From: Chromatiales bacterium
Lineage (GTDB): Bacteria > Pseudomonadota > Gammaproteobacteria > SZUA-152
NCBI GenBank assembly: GCA_027010265.1
Contig: JALVCE010000122.1
Span: forward strand, 681-64,680
Reading direction: 5' to 3'
Length of the DNA stretch: 64,000 bases
The first letter of the stretch is position 1. Every line of letters begins with the position of its first letter. A program made the translations under genes and the position numbers. Of this stretch, positions 28,315 to 40,151 are shown piece after piece. The notes beneath the pieces were generated by a model. It was given only the letters and a program-made list of their open reading frames with translations. It was not told where the DNA came from and ran no database searches.

Positions 28315-28925
28315 TCGGCGCAACCTTGTTTACCTGGCTTCAGGGGGCAGGGTTTTATCGCCAGGCGCACCAGCAGGCCGTGGAAGCCCTGCCCCGGGGT
28401 GAGGGTAAGACCTGGCTCGATGTGGGTACCGGGCCGGGGCTGGTGGCCCGTCAGGCGGCCGCGCGGGGATATGAGACAACCGGGATGGATGTCGATGCTC
28501 ACATGGTGCGGGCGGCAAAACGGTTGGCCCGTTGGCAGCACTCTGCGGCGCGGTTTTGTCAGGGCGGTTTGGATGAGCTGGCGCAGTGGCAGGCCGATGT
28601 GGTGTCTGCTGCTTCATTGTTGGCGGTGCTGGATGACAAGCCGGCCGGCATTGCGGCCCTGTGGGGCAGCGTTCGTCCCGCGGGATACTTGCTGGTGATC
28701 GAGCCCACGGGGGCGATGAATCCCGACAACGCCCAGCGTCTGATTGCCGCCGATTGTCTGCCCAAAAAGCGATTGCACGGTTTGAAAATGTGGGCCATGG
28801 CGCGCCAAGGGCGAGCCGTGGATATGGCATCCCTTGCCCCGGCGGAGGCTACCGAGTGCCGGCAGCTTGAGTTATTGGAGGGCTTGCTGGGGGGCTGGAT
28901 TTTCCGCAAAGCGCCGGCCTACTGA
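28311..28925 (+). CDS. class I SAM-dependent methyltransferase
   Basis: WLDVGTGPGLVA motif I. Its start overlaps the upstream stop (ATGA). Confidence 0.7.
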   Translation: MIGATLFTWLQGAGFYRQAHQQAVEALPRGEGKTWLDVGTGPGLVARQAAARGYETTGMDVDAHMVRAAKRLARWQHSAARFCQGGLDELAQWQADVVSAASLLAVLDDKPAGIAALWGSVRPAGYLLVIEPTGAMNPDNAQRLIAADCLPKKRLHGLKMWAMARQGRAVDMASLAPAEATECRQLELLEGLLGGWIFRKAPAY

Positions 28926-28935
28926 GGGCCAGGTG

Positions 28936-29799
28936 TCACCGGCTTTTCGCGGCATGGGCAATCCAGGTGGTGCCCACGAGGGTGAGGCTGTCTCCCTGTT
29001 TCAGGGCATCGGCCGAGGCGATGACTTCTGCGCTGAAGGCACGGTAGGTTTCCTTGTTCATTTGCTTGGCGAGTACGGCAATGGGGCCGGCCAGTTCCTC
29101 CATGACCTGCCAGTATTCCTCGCCACTCTGGGCCTCGATCATGTCGATGCGGAGGTCTTCGATCTCGATGTCGCGGAAGCCGCTGTCACGCAGGATGTTT
29201 TCCAGGCGCTCGCGCTCGGCGAAGGCGAACACGCCGGGGGCATCGGGGGGCGGTTGTGGCATCTCCATGTGTTTCATGAGGATGGACATGGCGTGGGTGA
29301 AAAAAGGATTGCGCTCGGGTTCGGCCCAGCAGGCCAGGGCGATGCGGCCCTCGTCTTTCAGCACGCGGCGCATCTGTTCCAGCATTGCCTGCGGCTCGGG
29401 CATGAACATCAGCCCCCAGCGACAGGAGATGGCATCGAAGCGATTGTCCTCGAAGGGGATGCCCTTGCCGTCCACGGCCCGAAACTCGATGTTGTCGAGG
29501 TTTTGCTCCCGGGCCTTGTCGCGGGCGATGGCGAGCATTTCGTCCACCAGGTCGATACCCACAACCTTGCCGGTTTCGCCCACCCGATGGGCGGCGGGGA
29601 TGGCCGGCTCGCCGGTGCCGGAGGCGATGTCGAGCACGTGGTGCCCGGGGGAAAGCCGCAGGCCGTCCAGCATGCGCTGGCTGACAGGGTCGGCACTCTT
29701 GCGCAGGCGCTCGTCGTTCTTGCGCCAGCCGGAGGAGACCGTGCGCCAGGTGTTGCGTTCGCGGTCGATGATGTCCTGTGGGCTTGGGGTGTCGCTCAT
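28936..29799 (-). CDS. SAM-dependent methyltransferase (Methyltransf_11-like)
   Basis: VLDIASGTGEPA motif I and a FDAISCRWGLMF post-I region. Start trimmed to MSDTPSP at 29799. Confidence 0.8.
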   Translation of the reverse strand: MSDTPSPQDIIDRERNTWRTVSSGWRKNDERLRKSADPVSQRMLDGLRLSPGHHVLDIASGTGEPAIPAAHRVGETGKVVGIDLVDEMLAIARDKAREQNLDNIEFRAVDGKGIPFEDNRFDAISCRWGLMFMPEPQAMLEQMRRVLKDEGRIALACWAEPERNPFFTHAMSILMKHMEMPQPPPDAPGVFAFAERERLENILRDSGFRDIEIEDLRIDMIEAQSGEEYWQVMEELAGPIAVLAKQMNKETYRAFSAEVIASADALKQGDSLTLVGTTWIAHAAKSR

Positions 29800-29866
29800 G
29801 AAAGGGTTCTGGTTTGTCCGGCGGATAACGATGACCAATGTAGTCCGGGGGGGCTACGCTGTCTAG

Positions 29867-30142
29867 TATTAATCGTTTCAAAATCATTGCTACAGGGTTC
29901 ATCCCCCCCCATGTGGGAGAGGCTTATTTGGAACGCTAAAAAACTCGCGTCTTGTGGCGGTTCATCCACTCATGTGGGAGCGCCTTTCCCGGCGCGAATC
30001 GCGCCTGGAAAGGCGCTCCCACCGTATTTGGCATGGTATTAAGTGCGCTATGGGATAACTTGTATTCATTTACTGCCGCTTCAGGCATTCCCAAGGTGGC
30101 GGAGGCTCACCGACGTCTGTTAAACCAATGTTGAGACCCTTA
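29867..30142 (+). mobile_element. MITE-like element, copy F (with ~47-bp internal duplication)
   Basis: Ends are TATTAATCGTTTCAAAAT ... TGTTGAGACCCTTAG. The ATGTGGGAG segment is duplicated. Hairpin 29974-30020 has one mismatch. Confidence 0.75.
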
Positions 30143-30260
30143 GAAAACGCGATGCTAATTCTGCTGGCCATGTCGACATCCATTAGCACGAGGCAATGGT
30201 CTTGTTATACCCTGAGGCTGATGGGTGTTGAATGGGCCTGGGCTTTTCGGTAGTCGTGAT

Positions 30261-31232
30261 TTATGCCGCTTTTCGGCGAACGATATCCTGCACCAGCTTT
30301 TCAAGTTTTAGCGTGTCGGCAGTAAAGCCGCGGATACCTTCAGCCAGTTTTTCCGTGGCCATGGCGTCTTCATTCATCATCCAACGGAAACGGGCCTCGG
30401 TTATATCCATGCGTTCGATGTTGGCCGCTCGGGCGGTCTCAGGTGACAGCTTGCGGGATAATTCAGCTTCGTTGTCTTGTAGTTCCTCCATCAGGGCGGG
30501 GGCTATGGTGAGCAGATCACAACCCGCCAGTTCTAAAATCTCATCGCTGTTGCGAAAGCTGGCACCCATCACCACGGTGTCGTAGTCGAATTTCTTGAAG
30601 TATTGGTAGATGGTGCGGACGGACTTTACGCCAGGGTCGTCTGCCGCGGTGTAGCCATCAACGCCATCGGCCTTTTTATACCAGTCCATAATGCGTCCCA
30701 CGAAAGGTGAGATCAGGGTTGCGCCTGCGTCTGCGGCAGCGATGGCCTGAGCGATGTTGAACATCAGTGTCAGGTTGCAATGCAGGCCTTTTTTTTCCAA
30801 TTGTTCGGCTGCGCGGATGCCTTCCCATGTGGAGGCAATCTTAATCAGGATTCGTGATGTATCGACGCCAGCTTCCTGGTAAAGGGTGATGAGTTGTTCT
30901 GCGCGCTCGACGGTGGCGGTAGTATCGAAGGATAGGCGAGCATCCACTTCGGTGGAGACCCGACCGGGTACGATATTGAGGATTTCTTTGCCAAAGTTGA
31001 CAGCGATTTTATCCAGGATCAACGGACTTTGCTGTGCCTCATCTCCGCCTTTTGCCTGAGCATATTCGATGGCCGATTGCACCAGTGGTTGGTATTGCGG
31101 CATCTGTGCCGCCTTGTACAGCAATGAGGGATTGGTGGTGGCGTCACTGGGCCGGTATTGCTGGATGGACTCGATATCCCCGGTGTCGGCGACCACCGTG
31201 GTCATGCTGCGCAATTGTTCGAGCTGGTTCAT
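30261..31232 (-). CDS. tal: transaldolase
   Basis: TalB-like sequence throughout: VADTGDI, TTNPSL, and the active-site K context ILIKIAST. Confidence 0.95.
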   Translation of the reverse strand: MNQLEQLRSMTTVVADTGDIESIQQYRPSDATTNPSLLYKAAQMPQYQPLVQSAIEYAQAKGGDEAQQSPLILDKIAVNFGKEILNIVPGRVSTEVDARLSFDTTATVERAEQLITLYQEAGVDTSRILIKIASTWEGIRAAEQLEKKGLHCNLTLMFNIAQAIAAADAGATLISPFVGRIMDWYKKADGVDGYTAADDPGVKSVRTIYQYFKKFDYDTVVMGASFRNSDEILELAGCDLLTIAPALMEELQDNEAELSRKLSPETARAANIERMDITEARFRWMMNEDAMATEKLAEGIRGFTADTLKLEKLVQDIVRRKAA

Positions 31233-31392
31233 GGCATCTGTCCTTTACGTTGGGTGGTAGTCTGTGTTCTTGCTTTAGGCATCACGTTAGCCTTCCTGGA
31301 ATAATATTATCGGTACTGCCGCCTTGGGCTTTAGTCGTATGAAGGGCCCGGAAGTGACAGATCGATGCCCAAAAATGTGGGAGAATAGACCC

Positions 31393-33231
31393 ATGCAACG
31401 GGCCCACGATATTCTCAATCACACCTTCGGCTACGATGCCTTCCGCCATCATCAGGCGGAGATCGTGCAGACGCTGATCGACGGCGGTGACGCCCTGGTG
31501 CTGATGCCCACCGGCGGCGGCAAGTCCCTGTGCTATCAAATTCCGGCCCTGGTGCGCGAGGGGGTGGGTATCGTGGTATCACCGCTTATCGCCCTGATGC
31601 AGGACCAGGTGGACGCCCTGCAACAACTGGGCATCCGTGCCGCCTTTCTCAATTCCTCCCTGGACGGCCTGCAGCAGCAGGCGGTGGAACAGGCCCTGCT
31701 GGGTGGGGAACTGGATTTATTGTACGTGGCGCCGGAACGCCTGCTCACCGAGCACATGCTGGCACTGCTGGAACAGGCGTCCCTGGCCCTGTTCGCCATC
31801 GATGAGGCCCACTGTGTTTCCCAATGGGGGCATGATTTCCGTCCCGAGTACCAGCAGCTTTCCATTTTACACCAGCGTTTCCCCGGGGTTCCGCGCATCG
31901 CCCTGACCGCCACCGCCGATGTTCGCACCCGCCAGGAGATTATCGCCCAACTGGATTTAGGGGACGCCAAGGTCTTTCTCAATAGCTTCGATCGGCCCAA
32001 TATACGCTACACCATCAGCGAGGGACAGAACAGCCGCGAGCGTCTTTGGCAGTTTCTCGAGCAGGAACATCCCGATGATGCCGGCATCGTCTACTGCCTG
32101 TCACGCAAGAAGGTGGAGAGCACCGCCGCGTGGCTGGCCGCCCGGGGACGTGTCGCGCTGCCTTATCATGCCGGCTTGCCGGACGAGCTGCGCCGCGAAC
32201 ACCAGCAACGCTTCCTGCGCGAGGAGGGGGTGATCGTGGTGGCCACCATCGCCTTTGGCATGGGCATCGACAAGCCCGACGTGCGTTTCGTGGCGCACCT
32301 CAGCCTGCCCAAGAGTCTCGAGGCCTATTACCAGGAGACAGGCCGCGCCGGGCGTGACGGCCTGCCCGCCAATGCCTGGATGGCCTACGGCCTGCAGGAC
32401 GTGATCACCCTGCGGCAGATGTTGCAGGGTTCCGAAGGCAGTGAGCAATACAAACGTATCGCCAATGCCAAGCTGGACGCCATGCTGGGGCTGTGCGAAC
32501 AAGTAAGCTGCCGCCGTCAGGCCCTGTTGGCCTATTTCGATGAGCAACTCGATACGCCCTGCGGTAACTGCGATACCTGTCTCGACCCGCCGCAGACCTG
32601 GGACGGAACCGAGGCGGCGCAAAAGGTGCTGTCCTGCGTGTATCGCAGTGGTCAGCGTTTTGGGGTGAACTACATCATCGATATCCTGTTAGGCAAGGAG
32701 GATGAACGCATCCAGGCCAATGGTCATCATCGGCTCAGTACCTTCGGTATCGGTACGGACAAGACGGCGGTGGAGTGGCGCGGTGTTTTTCGTCAGTTGA
32801 TCGCCCAGGGATTTCTCATGGCAGATGTCGAGTCTTACGGCGTATTACGTCTGACGGAAAAAGCCAGGCCCCTGTTGCGAGGCGAAATACGCCTGGCGTT
32901 ACGACAGCAACGTAAGGTCCGCAAAGGCAAAACGGTTAGACAGGAGAGCAGTCTGACGGCGTCCGAGAATCGCTTGTTTGATGCCCTGCGCGAACATCGC
33001 CTGAGTCTGGCGATACAACGCAATGTGCCACCCTATGTGATTTTTCATGACAGTACATTACAGGAAATGGCCCAGCGACGACCGGCCTCAAGGGAAGAAC
33101 TGCGCACCATCAATGGTGTGGGCGAAAAGAAACTGATGGATTTTGCTGAAGGGTTTCTGGAAGTCATACATAATGCATTGGAGGATGACCTTGCAGGAAG
33201 CAGCATGGAGGATTATGCGGGTTTACCATAA
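31393..33231 (+). CDS. recQ: ATP-dependent DNA helicase RecQ
   Basis: [34 protein letters not shown], the zinc-finger cysteines (CRR..C.NCD.C) and a C-terminal HRDC. Start at ATG 31393. Confidence 0.95.
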   Translation: MQRAHDILNHTFGYDAFRHHQAEIVQTLIDGGDALVLMPTGGGKSLCYQIPALVREGVGIVVSPLIALMQDQVDALQQLGIRAAFLNSSLDGLQQQAVEQALLGGELDLLYVAPERLLTEHMLALLEQASLALFAIDEAHCVSQWGHDFRPEYQQLSILHQRFPGVPRIALTATADVRTRQEIIAQLDLGDAKVFLNSFDRPNIRYTISEGQNSRERLWQFLEQEHPDDAGIVYCLSRKKVESTAAWLAARGRVALPYHAGLPDELRREHQQRFLREEGVIVVATIAFGMGIDKPDVRFVAHLSLPKSLEAYYQETGRAGRDGLPANAWMAYGLQDVITLRQMLQGSEGSEQYKRIANAKLDAMLGLCEQVSCRRQALLAYFDEQLDTPCGNCDTCLDPPQTWDGTEAAQKVLSCVYRSGQRFGVNYIIDILLGKEDERIQANGHHRLSTFGIGTDKTAVEWRGVFRQLIAQGFLMADVESYGVLRLTEKARPLLRGEIRLALRQQRKVRKGKTVRQESSLTASENRLFDALREHRLSLAIQRNVPPYVIFHDSTLQEMAQRRPASREELRTINGVGEKKLMDFAEGFLEVIHNALEDDLAGSSMEDYAGLP

Positions 33232-35735
33232 TCGGTGTACCAGTACGGTAATCTATCTGCGGGCATGGGCCGGGCGATGAAATAACCCTGGGCATAATTA
33301 CATTGATAGGATTTGAGGGCGTTAAGGGCTTCGGAGCTTTCCACTCCCTCGGCTACGACTACCAGATTCAGGTTATGCGCCAGGTCGATGGTGGATTGAA
33401 CGATAGTGTCATCATTTTCATCTTCCTGCATGTCGATGACAAAGGACTTGTCGATTTTCAGGCCTTTGACCGGCAACATTTTCAGATAGGCCAGGGAAGA
33501 GAAGCCGGTGCCGTAGTCATCGATATCCAGTTGGATACCCATGCTGCTGAGTTTGCTGAGGGTTTCACGGGTACGTGTGGGATCATTCATCACCGCGCTT
33601 TCGGTGATTTCCAGGGTCAGTCTGTCGGCTGCCAACTCATGTTCTTTGAGCAGTTGATTGATGTGAGCCGGTAAATCAGCATCCTGCAGATTCCACATTG
33701 ACAGGTTGACCGCTATGCCCAGGATAAGGCCATCTTTCTCCCAGGCTTTGCAGTCACTCATGGCCTTTTCCAGTACCCAGTGAGTAAGTTCGCGAATCAA
33801 CCCGGATTGCTCACATAAATGAACCACGTCATCGGGCGGTAACATGCCGTGGGTGGGATGCTTCCAGCGTAACAAGGCCTCGACACTGCGGATGGTATTA
33901 TCGCGTATGTCGATTTGCGGCTGGTAGTGCAGGCTGAGGGCATCGCTGGATTGGGCGAGTGTTTCGCGTAACTCACCGAGCAGAGAGAGACTGAAAATGT
34001 CCATCTCTTTTTGGGTTGTGTCGAAGAAGCTGTAGCCTTTTTTGTTGCGTTTGGCGTCATACATGGCGATATCAGCATGGCGCATCAAGGTGTCAGCATC
34101 GTCTCCGTGATCTGGGAACAGGGCAATACCGATGCTCACACCCACGTGCAGGTTTTGTTGGTCGATGTTGATGGAACGCTGGACTTCGTGGATGACTTTT
34201 TCGACGAAGAAGCTGGCCTGGGCGGTATCGACATCCGGGCTGATAATGGCGAATTCATCACCGCCAAGGCGGGCCACGGTATCACTGCTGCGCAGGCATT
34301 TGTTGAGGCGCTGGGCGATTTCCTGCAATACCCGGTCGCCCATGGCATGGCCCAGGGTATCGTTGATGTATTTGAATCGATCCAGATCCAGGAGCATGAA
34401 GGCAATACTGGTGTGATGGCGTTTTGCCTGCTGGATGGTCTGGGTGAGTCGGTCCTGCAACAGCGCGCGATTGGGCAAGCCGGTGAGGGCATCGTGCAAG
34501 GCCTGGTATTCCAGTGCCATTTGTCGGTGATGAATTTGCCGGCGCATTGTGTTGTAGGCGGTCATCAGGGCATGGATTTCCCGGCTGCTCTTACTGGGCA
34601 GGGCGATGTGTTCAATGCTCTTGCCTTCTTCGGTGATGGCGTCAGCGATGATTCTCAGGGGGGTCAGAACGGTGCGTGAGATCAGCACGTAGATCATCAC
34701 AACAAACAGAACCGCGGCGAAGGTGATGCCCCATAATTCCAGATTGACCTTTTGCGCGGCGGCCTCCACCTTGGTGGTGGTCTTTGAAGACCAGTCAAGT
34801 ACGGCCTGTTCCAGGCGTTCGAGGTCGTCATGGATGTGTGCCTGCAGGGGGCGCATGTAGGTATCGATGAAATGGATATCGGCCCGCCATATTTTGGAAC
34901 TACGGATTTCCTGCAGCCGAGTGTAATCCTCGTACCATTTCCGGGCGCGATAAGCCATGACTTTCAGGGCGTCCTGTGTTTCAAAACCCAGGTCTTTTCT
35001 TTTCTGTAGTTTTTCTATTTTGTTGCGTATTTCTTTGTTCACCAGTTCGATGTTCTGTTCCTGGGGGATGCGTTCGATGCGGTTGAGGCCGGCGAAGCGT
35101 ACGATTGCCGCACGGAAGTTGAGTATCTGCAGGCGCCAGAGATCTCGCAGTTGCGCCATTTCCCGATACAGGCCGGATGCATAGGTGTCGCCATCGTCGT
35201 CACTGGCAATCTCCTGCAGGGCCAGAGTGGCGGCGGATTCAAATTCGGTATTGGATTCCAGGAGGATGTCGTTAATGTAGGGCAGCATGGGGTAGACCCA
35301 GTCAGAGTCCTGGATATTTTTCAGCAGTTGCAGGGTGTATTTCTGCAGTTCCAGGGCATCGTTGTACAGGTCTTCTATGGCTGTTGTTGCCGTTGGCACG
35401 TGGGCCAGTGAGTAGCCCCGGAGAACGCGTATTTGTTCAATGGTCTGTTGCAGCGCCCGAGAGATCCGTTGCGGATAACCATCCTGTGGGGAAACCACCA
35501 TGGCGCTGAGGGTGCTTTCCAGATGCTGGTTGGCCTTGCGGATCTTTTGCACCGAGGCGGTGACATCATCACGCAGCTGAAGTGCTCGGGCATTTTCCTG
35601 GGTGACGCGGGAGATATAAAAGCTGGTGATGGCGGAGCCGGCGGCCAGTATCACGGCTGCGATCAGGGAAAACAGGATGTAGTTTGCCTTCAGGCTACGG
35701 CGTGCGGTACTGGTTTCGCTGGAGGAAGAAGGCAA
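33213..35735 (-). CDS. membrane sensor GGDEF-EAL protein
   Basis: TM, a ~290-aa periplasmic region, TM, a HAMP-like linker, a GGDEF domain (RLGGDEFAI) and an EAL domain ([16 protein letters not shown]). Confidence 0.9.
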   Translation of the reverse strand: MPSSSSETSTARRSLKANYILFSLIAAVILAAGSAITSFYISRVTQENARALQLRDDVTASVQKIRKANQHLESTLSAMVVSPQDGYPQRISRALQQTIEQIRVLRGYSLAHVPTATTAIEDLYNDALELQKYTLQLLKNIQDSDWVYPMLPYINDILLESNTEFESAATLALQEIASDDDGDTYASGLYREMAQLRDLWRLQILNFRAAIVRFAGLNRIERIPQEQNIELVNKEIRNKIEKLQKRKDLGFETQDALKVMAYRARKWYEDYTRLQEIRSSKIWRADIHFIDTYMRPLQAHIHDDLERLEQAVLDWSSKTTTKVEAAAQKVNLELWGITFAAVLFVVMIYVLISRTVLTPLRIIADAITEEGKSIEHIALPSKSSREIHALMTAYNTMRRQIHHRQMALEYQALHDALTGLPNRALLQDRLTQTIQQAKRHHTSIAFMLLDLDRFKYINDTLGHAMGDRVLQEIAQRLNKCLRSSDTVARLGGDEFAIISPDVDTAQASFFVEKVIHEVQRSINIDQQNLHVGVSIGIALFPDHGDDADTLMRHADIAMYDAKRNKKGYSFFDTTQKEMDIFSLSLLGELRETLAQSSDALSLHYQPQIDIRDNTIRSVEALLRWKHPTHGMLPPDDVVHLCEQSGLIRELTHWVLEKAMSDCKAWEKDGLILGIAVNLSMWNLQDADLPAHINQLLKEHELAADRLTLEITESAVMNDPTRTRETLSKLSSMGIQLDIDDYGTGFSSLAYLKMLPVKGLKIDKSFVIDMQEDENDDTIVQSTIDLAHNLNLVVVAEGVESSEALNALKSYQCNYAQGYFIARPMPADRLPYWYTDYGKPA

Positions 35736-35750
35736 GCGGCGTTCTCCGGG

Positions 35751-36179
35751 TCAGGATGTGACGGGTAACTCGTGGGTCTCCAGAGGGTAGCCACGGTCAC
35801 GATAAAAACGGAAGCGTTCCCTTCCCTGGGTTTTTGCCGCGGGCTCGACGCCCACCAGTTCCGCTACACGCAGGAAGCGGCTGAAAAACAATGGCACCTC
35901 ACCAGCGAGATTGATCAGCACGTCACAGTCAGTGTCCGGATTTTCGTGGCAGCCGATCTGGATGGGTGTGCGTCGGGGGGCGGATGCCTGATATTGCTCG
36001 TGAGGTACGAAGCTGCCATCGCGGAAGGTCCACAACAGTTCATCCATGTGCTGTGCCTGTTGGGCCGATTCGGTGTGTATGTAGACTCGGTTGCCCAGGC
36101 CATAGGCTTTTTCGCTGAGCTTGCAGGCGATGTGCTCGGGACTGCCGCTGGCGAGGATGTAGAAATCCACCCGGGTCAT
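35751..36179 (-). CDS. holC: DNA polymerase III chi subunit
   Basis: 142 aa beginning MTRVDFYIL, with a chi-like LLWTF motif. Overlaps the pepA stop, with synteny as in E. coli. Confidence 0.85.
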   Translation of the reverse strand: MTRVDFYILASGSPEHIACKLSEKAYGLGNRVYIHTESAQQAQHMDELLWTFRDGSFVPHEQYQASAPRRTPIQIGCHENPDTDCDVLINLAGEVPLFFSRFLRVAELVGVEPAAKTQGRERFRFYRDRGYPLETHELPVTS

Positions 36180-37696
36180 GTCGTCTTCCTGCCGCCTTTC
36201 CTGGCCTTGCAGCGGTCGAGGAGAAATTGCGTGAGCAGCGGAACGGGACGGCCGGTGGCACCCTTTTCTTTTCCGCTGGTCCAGGCGGTGCCGGCGATAT
36301 CCAGATGTGCCCAGTGATACTTTTTGGCGAAACGCGAGAGAAAGCAGCCGGCGGTAATACTGCCGGCGTCACGGCCGCTGCCGATGTTGGGGATGTCGGC
36401 AAAATTGCTTTTCAGTTGTTCGTCGTATTCATCCCACAGCGGCAGTTCCCAGGCGCGATCGCCGCTGGTCTTGCCTGCGTTGAGCAATTCGTGCACCAGT
36501 GGATGATGGTTGCCCATTACTGCACTGGCGTGATGGCCCAGGGCGATGATGCAGGCGCCGGTAAGGGTGGCGACGTCCACCACGGCATCGGGCTCGTATC
36601 GTTCGCAGTAGGTGAGGGCATCGCAGAGGATGAGCCTGCCTTCGGCGTCGGTGTTGAGTACTTCGATGGTTTGTCCGGACATGCTGGTGACGATATCGCC
36701 GGGCTTGGTGGCCTTGCCGCTGGGCATGTTTTCGCAACTGGGAATGACGCCGATGACATTGGTCTCGAGCTGTAATTCGGCGCAGGCTGTGATGGCACCC
36801 AGCACGCTGGCGGCACCGCACATGTCGTATTTCATTTCATCCATGGTGGCGGAGGGTTTGATGGAAATGCCTCCGGTATCGAAAGTGATGCCCTTGCCCA
36901 CCAGCACCACGGGCTTGTCCTTGGATTTGCCGCCTTTGTATTCCAGGATGATGAACTTGGGTGGCTCTTCGGAGCCGGCAGTTACCGACAGCAGGGCGCC
37001 CATGCCGAGTTTTTCCATTTGTGGCTTTTCCAGTACGGTAACTTTCAGGGGCGGGTATTTCTTCGCCTGTGCCTTGGCCTGTTTGGCCAGGTATGTGGGG
37101 GTGCAGATGTTGCCGGGAAGGTCGCCCAGGGACTTGGCCAGCATTACCCCCTCGGCGATGGCTTCGCCCTCGCGCACTGCGGCGTCCCCTATGGCCAGGT
37201 CGCTGCGCCGGGGTACCATGAGGGTCAGCTTGCGCAGAGGACGGCGCAGGTCATCCTTTTTGGATTTTAGCTGGTCGGTGCGATGCAGGGCGCCACGGGT
37301 GACTTCCACCGTATTGCGCACCTTCCAGTGCAGGTCGCGACCTTTGACACTGATCTCGGTAAGGTAGCTGGTACTTTCCATGGAGCCGGTTTCGTTGAGC
37401 CGGGTTACGGCGGTGGTGACGATGCGCTGATATTCCTTGTCACCCACTTCGCGCTCCTTGCCACAGCCCACCAGCAGAACACGTTCTGCCAGGGCATCGG
37501 GGATGTGATGGAGCAGCAGGGTCTGGCCCAGTTGGCCCTCGATATCACCTCGGCGCAGCAGGGTGGAGAGGTGGCCACCGCTGGCCTTATCCAGGGCTTC
37601 GCCGGCGGGACTGAGGCGTCGGGGCTCGAAGACGCCAACCACCACGCAGGCGGAACGTTGTTTGCTGGGGTTGCCGCTTTTGATACTGAATTCCAT
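36176..37696 (-). CDS. pepA: leucyl aminopeptidase
   Basis: M17 signature [12 protein letters not shown] and [11 protein letters not shown]. Confidence 0.95.
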   Translation of the reverse strand: MEFSIKSGNPSKQRSACVVVGVFEPRRLSPAGEALDKASGGHLSTLLRRGDIEGQLGQTLLLHHIPDALAERVLLVGCGKEREVGDKEYQRIVTTAVTRLNETGSMESTSYLTEISVKGRDLHWKVRNTVEVTRGALHRTDQLKSKKDDLRRPLRKLTLMVPRRSDLAIGDAAVREGEAIAEGVMLAKSLGDLPGNICTPTYLAKQAKAQAKKYPPLKVTVLEKPQMEKLGMGALLSVTAGSEEPPKFIILEYKGGKSKDKPVVLVGKGITFDTGGISIKPSATMDEMKYDMCGAASVLGAITACAELQLETNVIGVIPSCENMPSGKATKPGDIVTSMSGQTIEVLNTDAEGRLILCDALTYCERYEPDAVVDVATLTGACIIALGHHASAVMGNHHPLVHELLNAGKTSGDRAWELPLWDEYDEQLKSNFADIPNIGSGRDAGSITAGCFLSRFAKKYHWAHLDIAGTAWTSGKEKGATGRPVPLLTQFLLDRCKARKGGRKTT

Positions 37697-37885
37697 GGTG
37701 ACGTTTTACCTGATTGTTATGTTTGATGGGTATGTTGTGCCTTGATCATGGCCAAACCATTGGCATGGACTCTGGAAGTGTACTCGAAGCCGGAGGCCTT
37801 GGCACGGGTGGAAGGGCAGAGCCGGACCCCGGAACCGTGTAAGATAAGATCCTGTTAAAGGAGTTTTTTGGGCAGATAAGAAAAA

Positions 37886-39001
37886 GTGATTATTGACCGT
37901 TACCTAGCGCAAGAGGTGTTGCACACCTTTCTGGCGGTGCTGCTGGTGCTGCTGCTGATCTTCATGGGGCGATATTTCGCCCTCTACCTGGCGGAGGCCT
38001 CGGCGGGGGAGCTTTCGGGCGACATCGTACTGGATATGTTGTTGTTGCGCACCATTACCTCGCTGAATGTAATGATTCCCTTCGGCCTGTTCGTGGCGGT
38101 GTTATTGGCCTTTGGCCGCCTGTACAAGGACAGCGAGATGACGGCGATGGCGGCCTGTGGCATTGGTCCCGGGCGGGTGCTGCGTGCGGTGACGACCATC
38201 GCCCTGGTCAGCAGCATTGTGGTGGCGGGGCTGTCGCTGTGGGGTACGCCTTGGGCCTATGAAAAGTCCCTGCAGGTGCGGGAACAGGCGCGCACGGGTA
38301 CGGCCTTCGAGTCGGTGGCGGCGGGGCAGTTCAACAAGATTGGTAGCGGTGATTGGGTGTTTTACGTGGAGAGTTTGTCGAAGGATCACACTCGGCTGCG
38401 TAATGTGTTCATTCAGGGGCATACCCCCGCTGGCAGGCTGGATGTGTTCTCTGCCCGCAGTGGTTATCAGCAGGTGGACCCAGCTACAGGGGTGCGTTAT
38501 CTGGTGTTGGTGGACGGTTATCGTTACCAGGGTTTGCCGGGAGAGGTGGACTTTCGTATTCACCAGTACGAGAAAAATGCCGTGCGTCTGGATGTGCAGG
38601 AAGCGGTGCCGTTAAAACGCACCCACTGGGCGCTGCCCACCAGGGACTTGTGGGGTTCTGCGCGCTTGTCGGATCAGGCTGAGCTGCAGTGGCGTTATTC
38701 CATGCCGCTGGCTACGGTTTTGTTGGCGGTATTAGCTGTGTTGTTAAGCCGCACCTCGCCGCGGCAGGGGCGTTTTGCCAAACTCTTTATTGCCATTCTT
38801 GTTTTCGTCACCTATTACAACAGCCTCGGAGTAGCCATGTCCTGGGTGCAACGTGGGGTGATTCCCTCCAGTATTGGACTGTGGTGGGTGCATGCTTTAT
38901 TGATGGGACTGATTGTGGTGCTGGCCATTCGATACTGGGGTGGCCGCTGGTTATGGGGCCGATTGTTGGCCCGCAGGCCGGTGTCGGCAGGGGGGGCATG
39001 A
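37886..39001 (+). CDS. lptF: LPS export ABC permease LptF
   Basis: GTG start giving (M)IIDRYLAQEV, six TM spans, and a position divergent from pepA. Confidence 0.9.
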   Translation: MIIDRYLAQEVLHTFLAVLLVLLLIFMGRYFALYLAEASAGELSGDIVLDMLLLRTITSLNVMIPFGLFVAVLLAFGRLYKDSEMTAMAACGIGPGRVLRAVTTIALVSSIVVAGLSLWGTPWAYEKSLQVREQARTGTAFESVAAGQFNKIGSGDWVFYVESLSKDHTRLRNVFIQGHTPAGRLDVFSARSGYQQVDPATGVRYLVLVDGYRYQGLPGEVDFRIHQYEKNAVRLDVQEAVPLKRTHWALPTRDLWGSARLSDQAELQWRYSMPLATVLLAVLAVLLSRTSPRQGRFAKLFIAILVFVTYYNSLGVAMSWVQRGVIPSSIGLWWVHALLMGLIVVLAIRYWGGRWLWGRLLARRPVSAGGA

Positions 39002-40065
39002 TGCAGATACTGGATCGTTACATCGCCCGCAGCGTGGCCTTCAGTACCCTGGTGGTGCTGGGGGTGTTGCTGACGCTGTTCACCTTTTTTGCCTTCATGG
39101 ACGAGGCTGGAAAGATCGGCAAGGGTGATTATGGGACGCTGAAGGCGCTGGAATACGTGTTGTTGACCACGCCACGCCTGGCCTATCAGTTGTTTCCCAT
39201 GTGTGCCCTGCTGGGCGCCACCATCGGCCTGGGGGTGCTGGCCAGTAACAGTGAGCTGGTGGCCATGCGTGCGGCGGGGGTGTCTCTGTTGCAGATCGTT
39301 CGTTCAGTAATGAAGGTAGGCCTGTTGTTCGTGGTGCTGACATTGATCATCGGTGAAGGGGTGGCACCCGCGGCGGAGCGATATGCGCAGACCCTGCGTT
39401 CGGTGGCTATATCCAGCAAGCTGACACTGCGCGGCAAGGAGGGCCTGTGGGCGCGGGATGGCGACAGCTTTGTAAATGTGCGTAATCTGTTGCCCGGTGA
39501 ACGTCTGGGGCAGATATTCATTTTTCAGCGCGATGCCCAACACCGCCTGGTGAACATGGTGCGGGCCCAGTCGGCGGTGTATCGCAAGGGAGGCTGGGTT
39601 CTGCAAGGTATGGTGAGCAGTCACATCAGTGATCAGGGGGTGACTTCGGCGCAAGTGGCTGAAGCACCCTGGGACACCCAGCTGAGCCCGGACTTGCTCA
39701 ATGTGGTAACGGTGAAACCCAATACCCTGTCAATTTTTGGGCTATACGATTATGTGCATTATCTGCAGGAAAATGGTCTGGATGCGGCGACATACGAACA
39801 GGCCCTGTGGGGCAAGGTGGTGGCGCCCCTGGTGACAGCGGTGATGGTGTTTCTGGCTATTCCTTTCGTATTTGGGCCCTTGCGATCGGTGGGCGTGGGG
39901 CATCGTATCCTGGTGGGAACCCTGGTGGGAGTGGGATTTTATATCCTCAATCAGATGTTCACCTACATGGGGCTGGTGTTTGGTTTTAATCCTCTGTTGA
40001 GCGCCCTGGCGCCGGCGCTGCTGGCCTTCATGGCGGGCTATTACATGTTACGCCGGGTGTTTTAA
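38998..40065 (+). CDS. lptG: LPS export ABC permease LptG
   Basis: MMQILDRYIARSV start overlaps the lptF stop (ATGATG). The track ORF beginning at 38689 is an upstream extension. Confidence 0.9.
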   Translation: MMQILDRYIARSVAFSTLVVLGVLLTLFTFFAFMDEAGKIGKGDYGTLKALEYVLLTTPRLAYQLFPMCALLGATIGLGVLASNSELVAMRAAGVSLLQIVRSVMKVGLLFVVLTLIIGEGVAPAAERYAQTLRSVAISSKLTLRGKEGLWARDGDSFVNVRNLLPGERLGQIFIFQRDAQHRLVNMVRAQSAVYRKGGWVLQGMVSSHISDQGVTSAQVAEAPWDTQLSPDLLNVVTVKPNTLSIFGLYDYVHYLQENGLDAATYEQALWGKVVAPLVTAVMVFLAIPFVFGPLRSVGVGHRILVGTLVGVGFYILNQMFTYMGLVFGFNPLLSALAPALLAFMAGYYMLRRVF

Positions 40066-40101
40066 AGGCAAGCTGGCGGCTGGTTTTTCGAGGGAATCAA
40101 G

Positions 40102-40140
40102 CAACAACGGCTGGCATAATGCCAGCCGTTGTTGTTTGTG
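40102..40140 (+). terminator. rho-independent terminator after lptG
   Basis: CAACAACGGCTGGCAT / ATGCCAGCCGTTGTTG stem followed by TTTGTG. Confidence 0.75.
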
Positions 40141-40151
40141 CCGTATTATTA

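Noticed and set aside
28834-30042. 402-aa plus-strand ORF.
   Set aside because: It is antisense to the 28936-29799 methyltransferase and ends inside MITE copy F.
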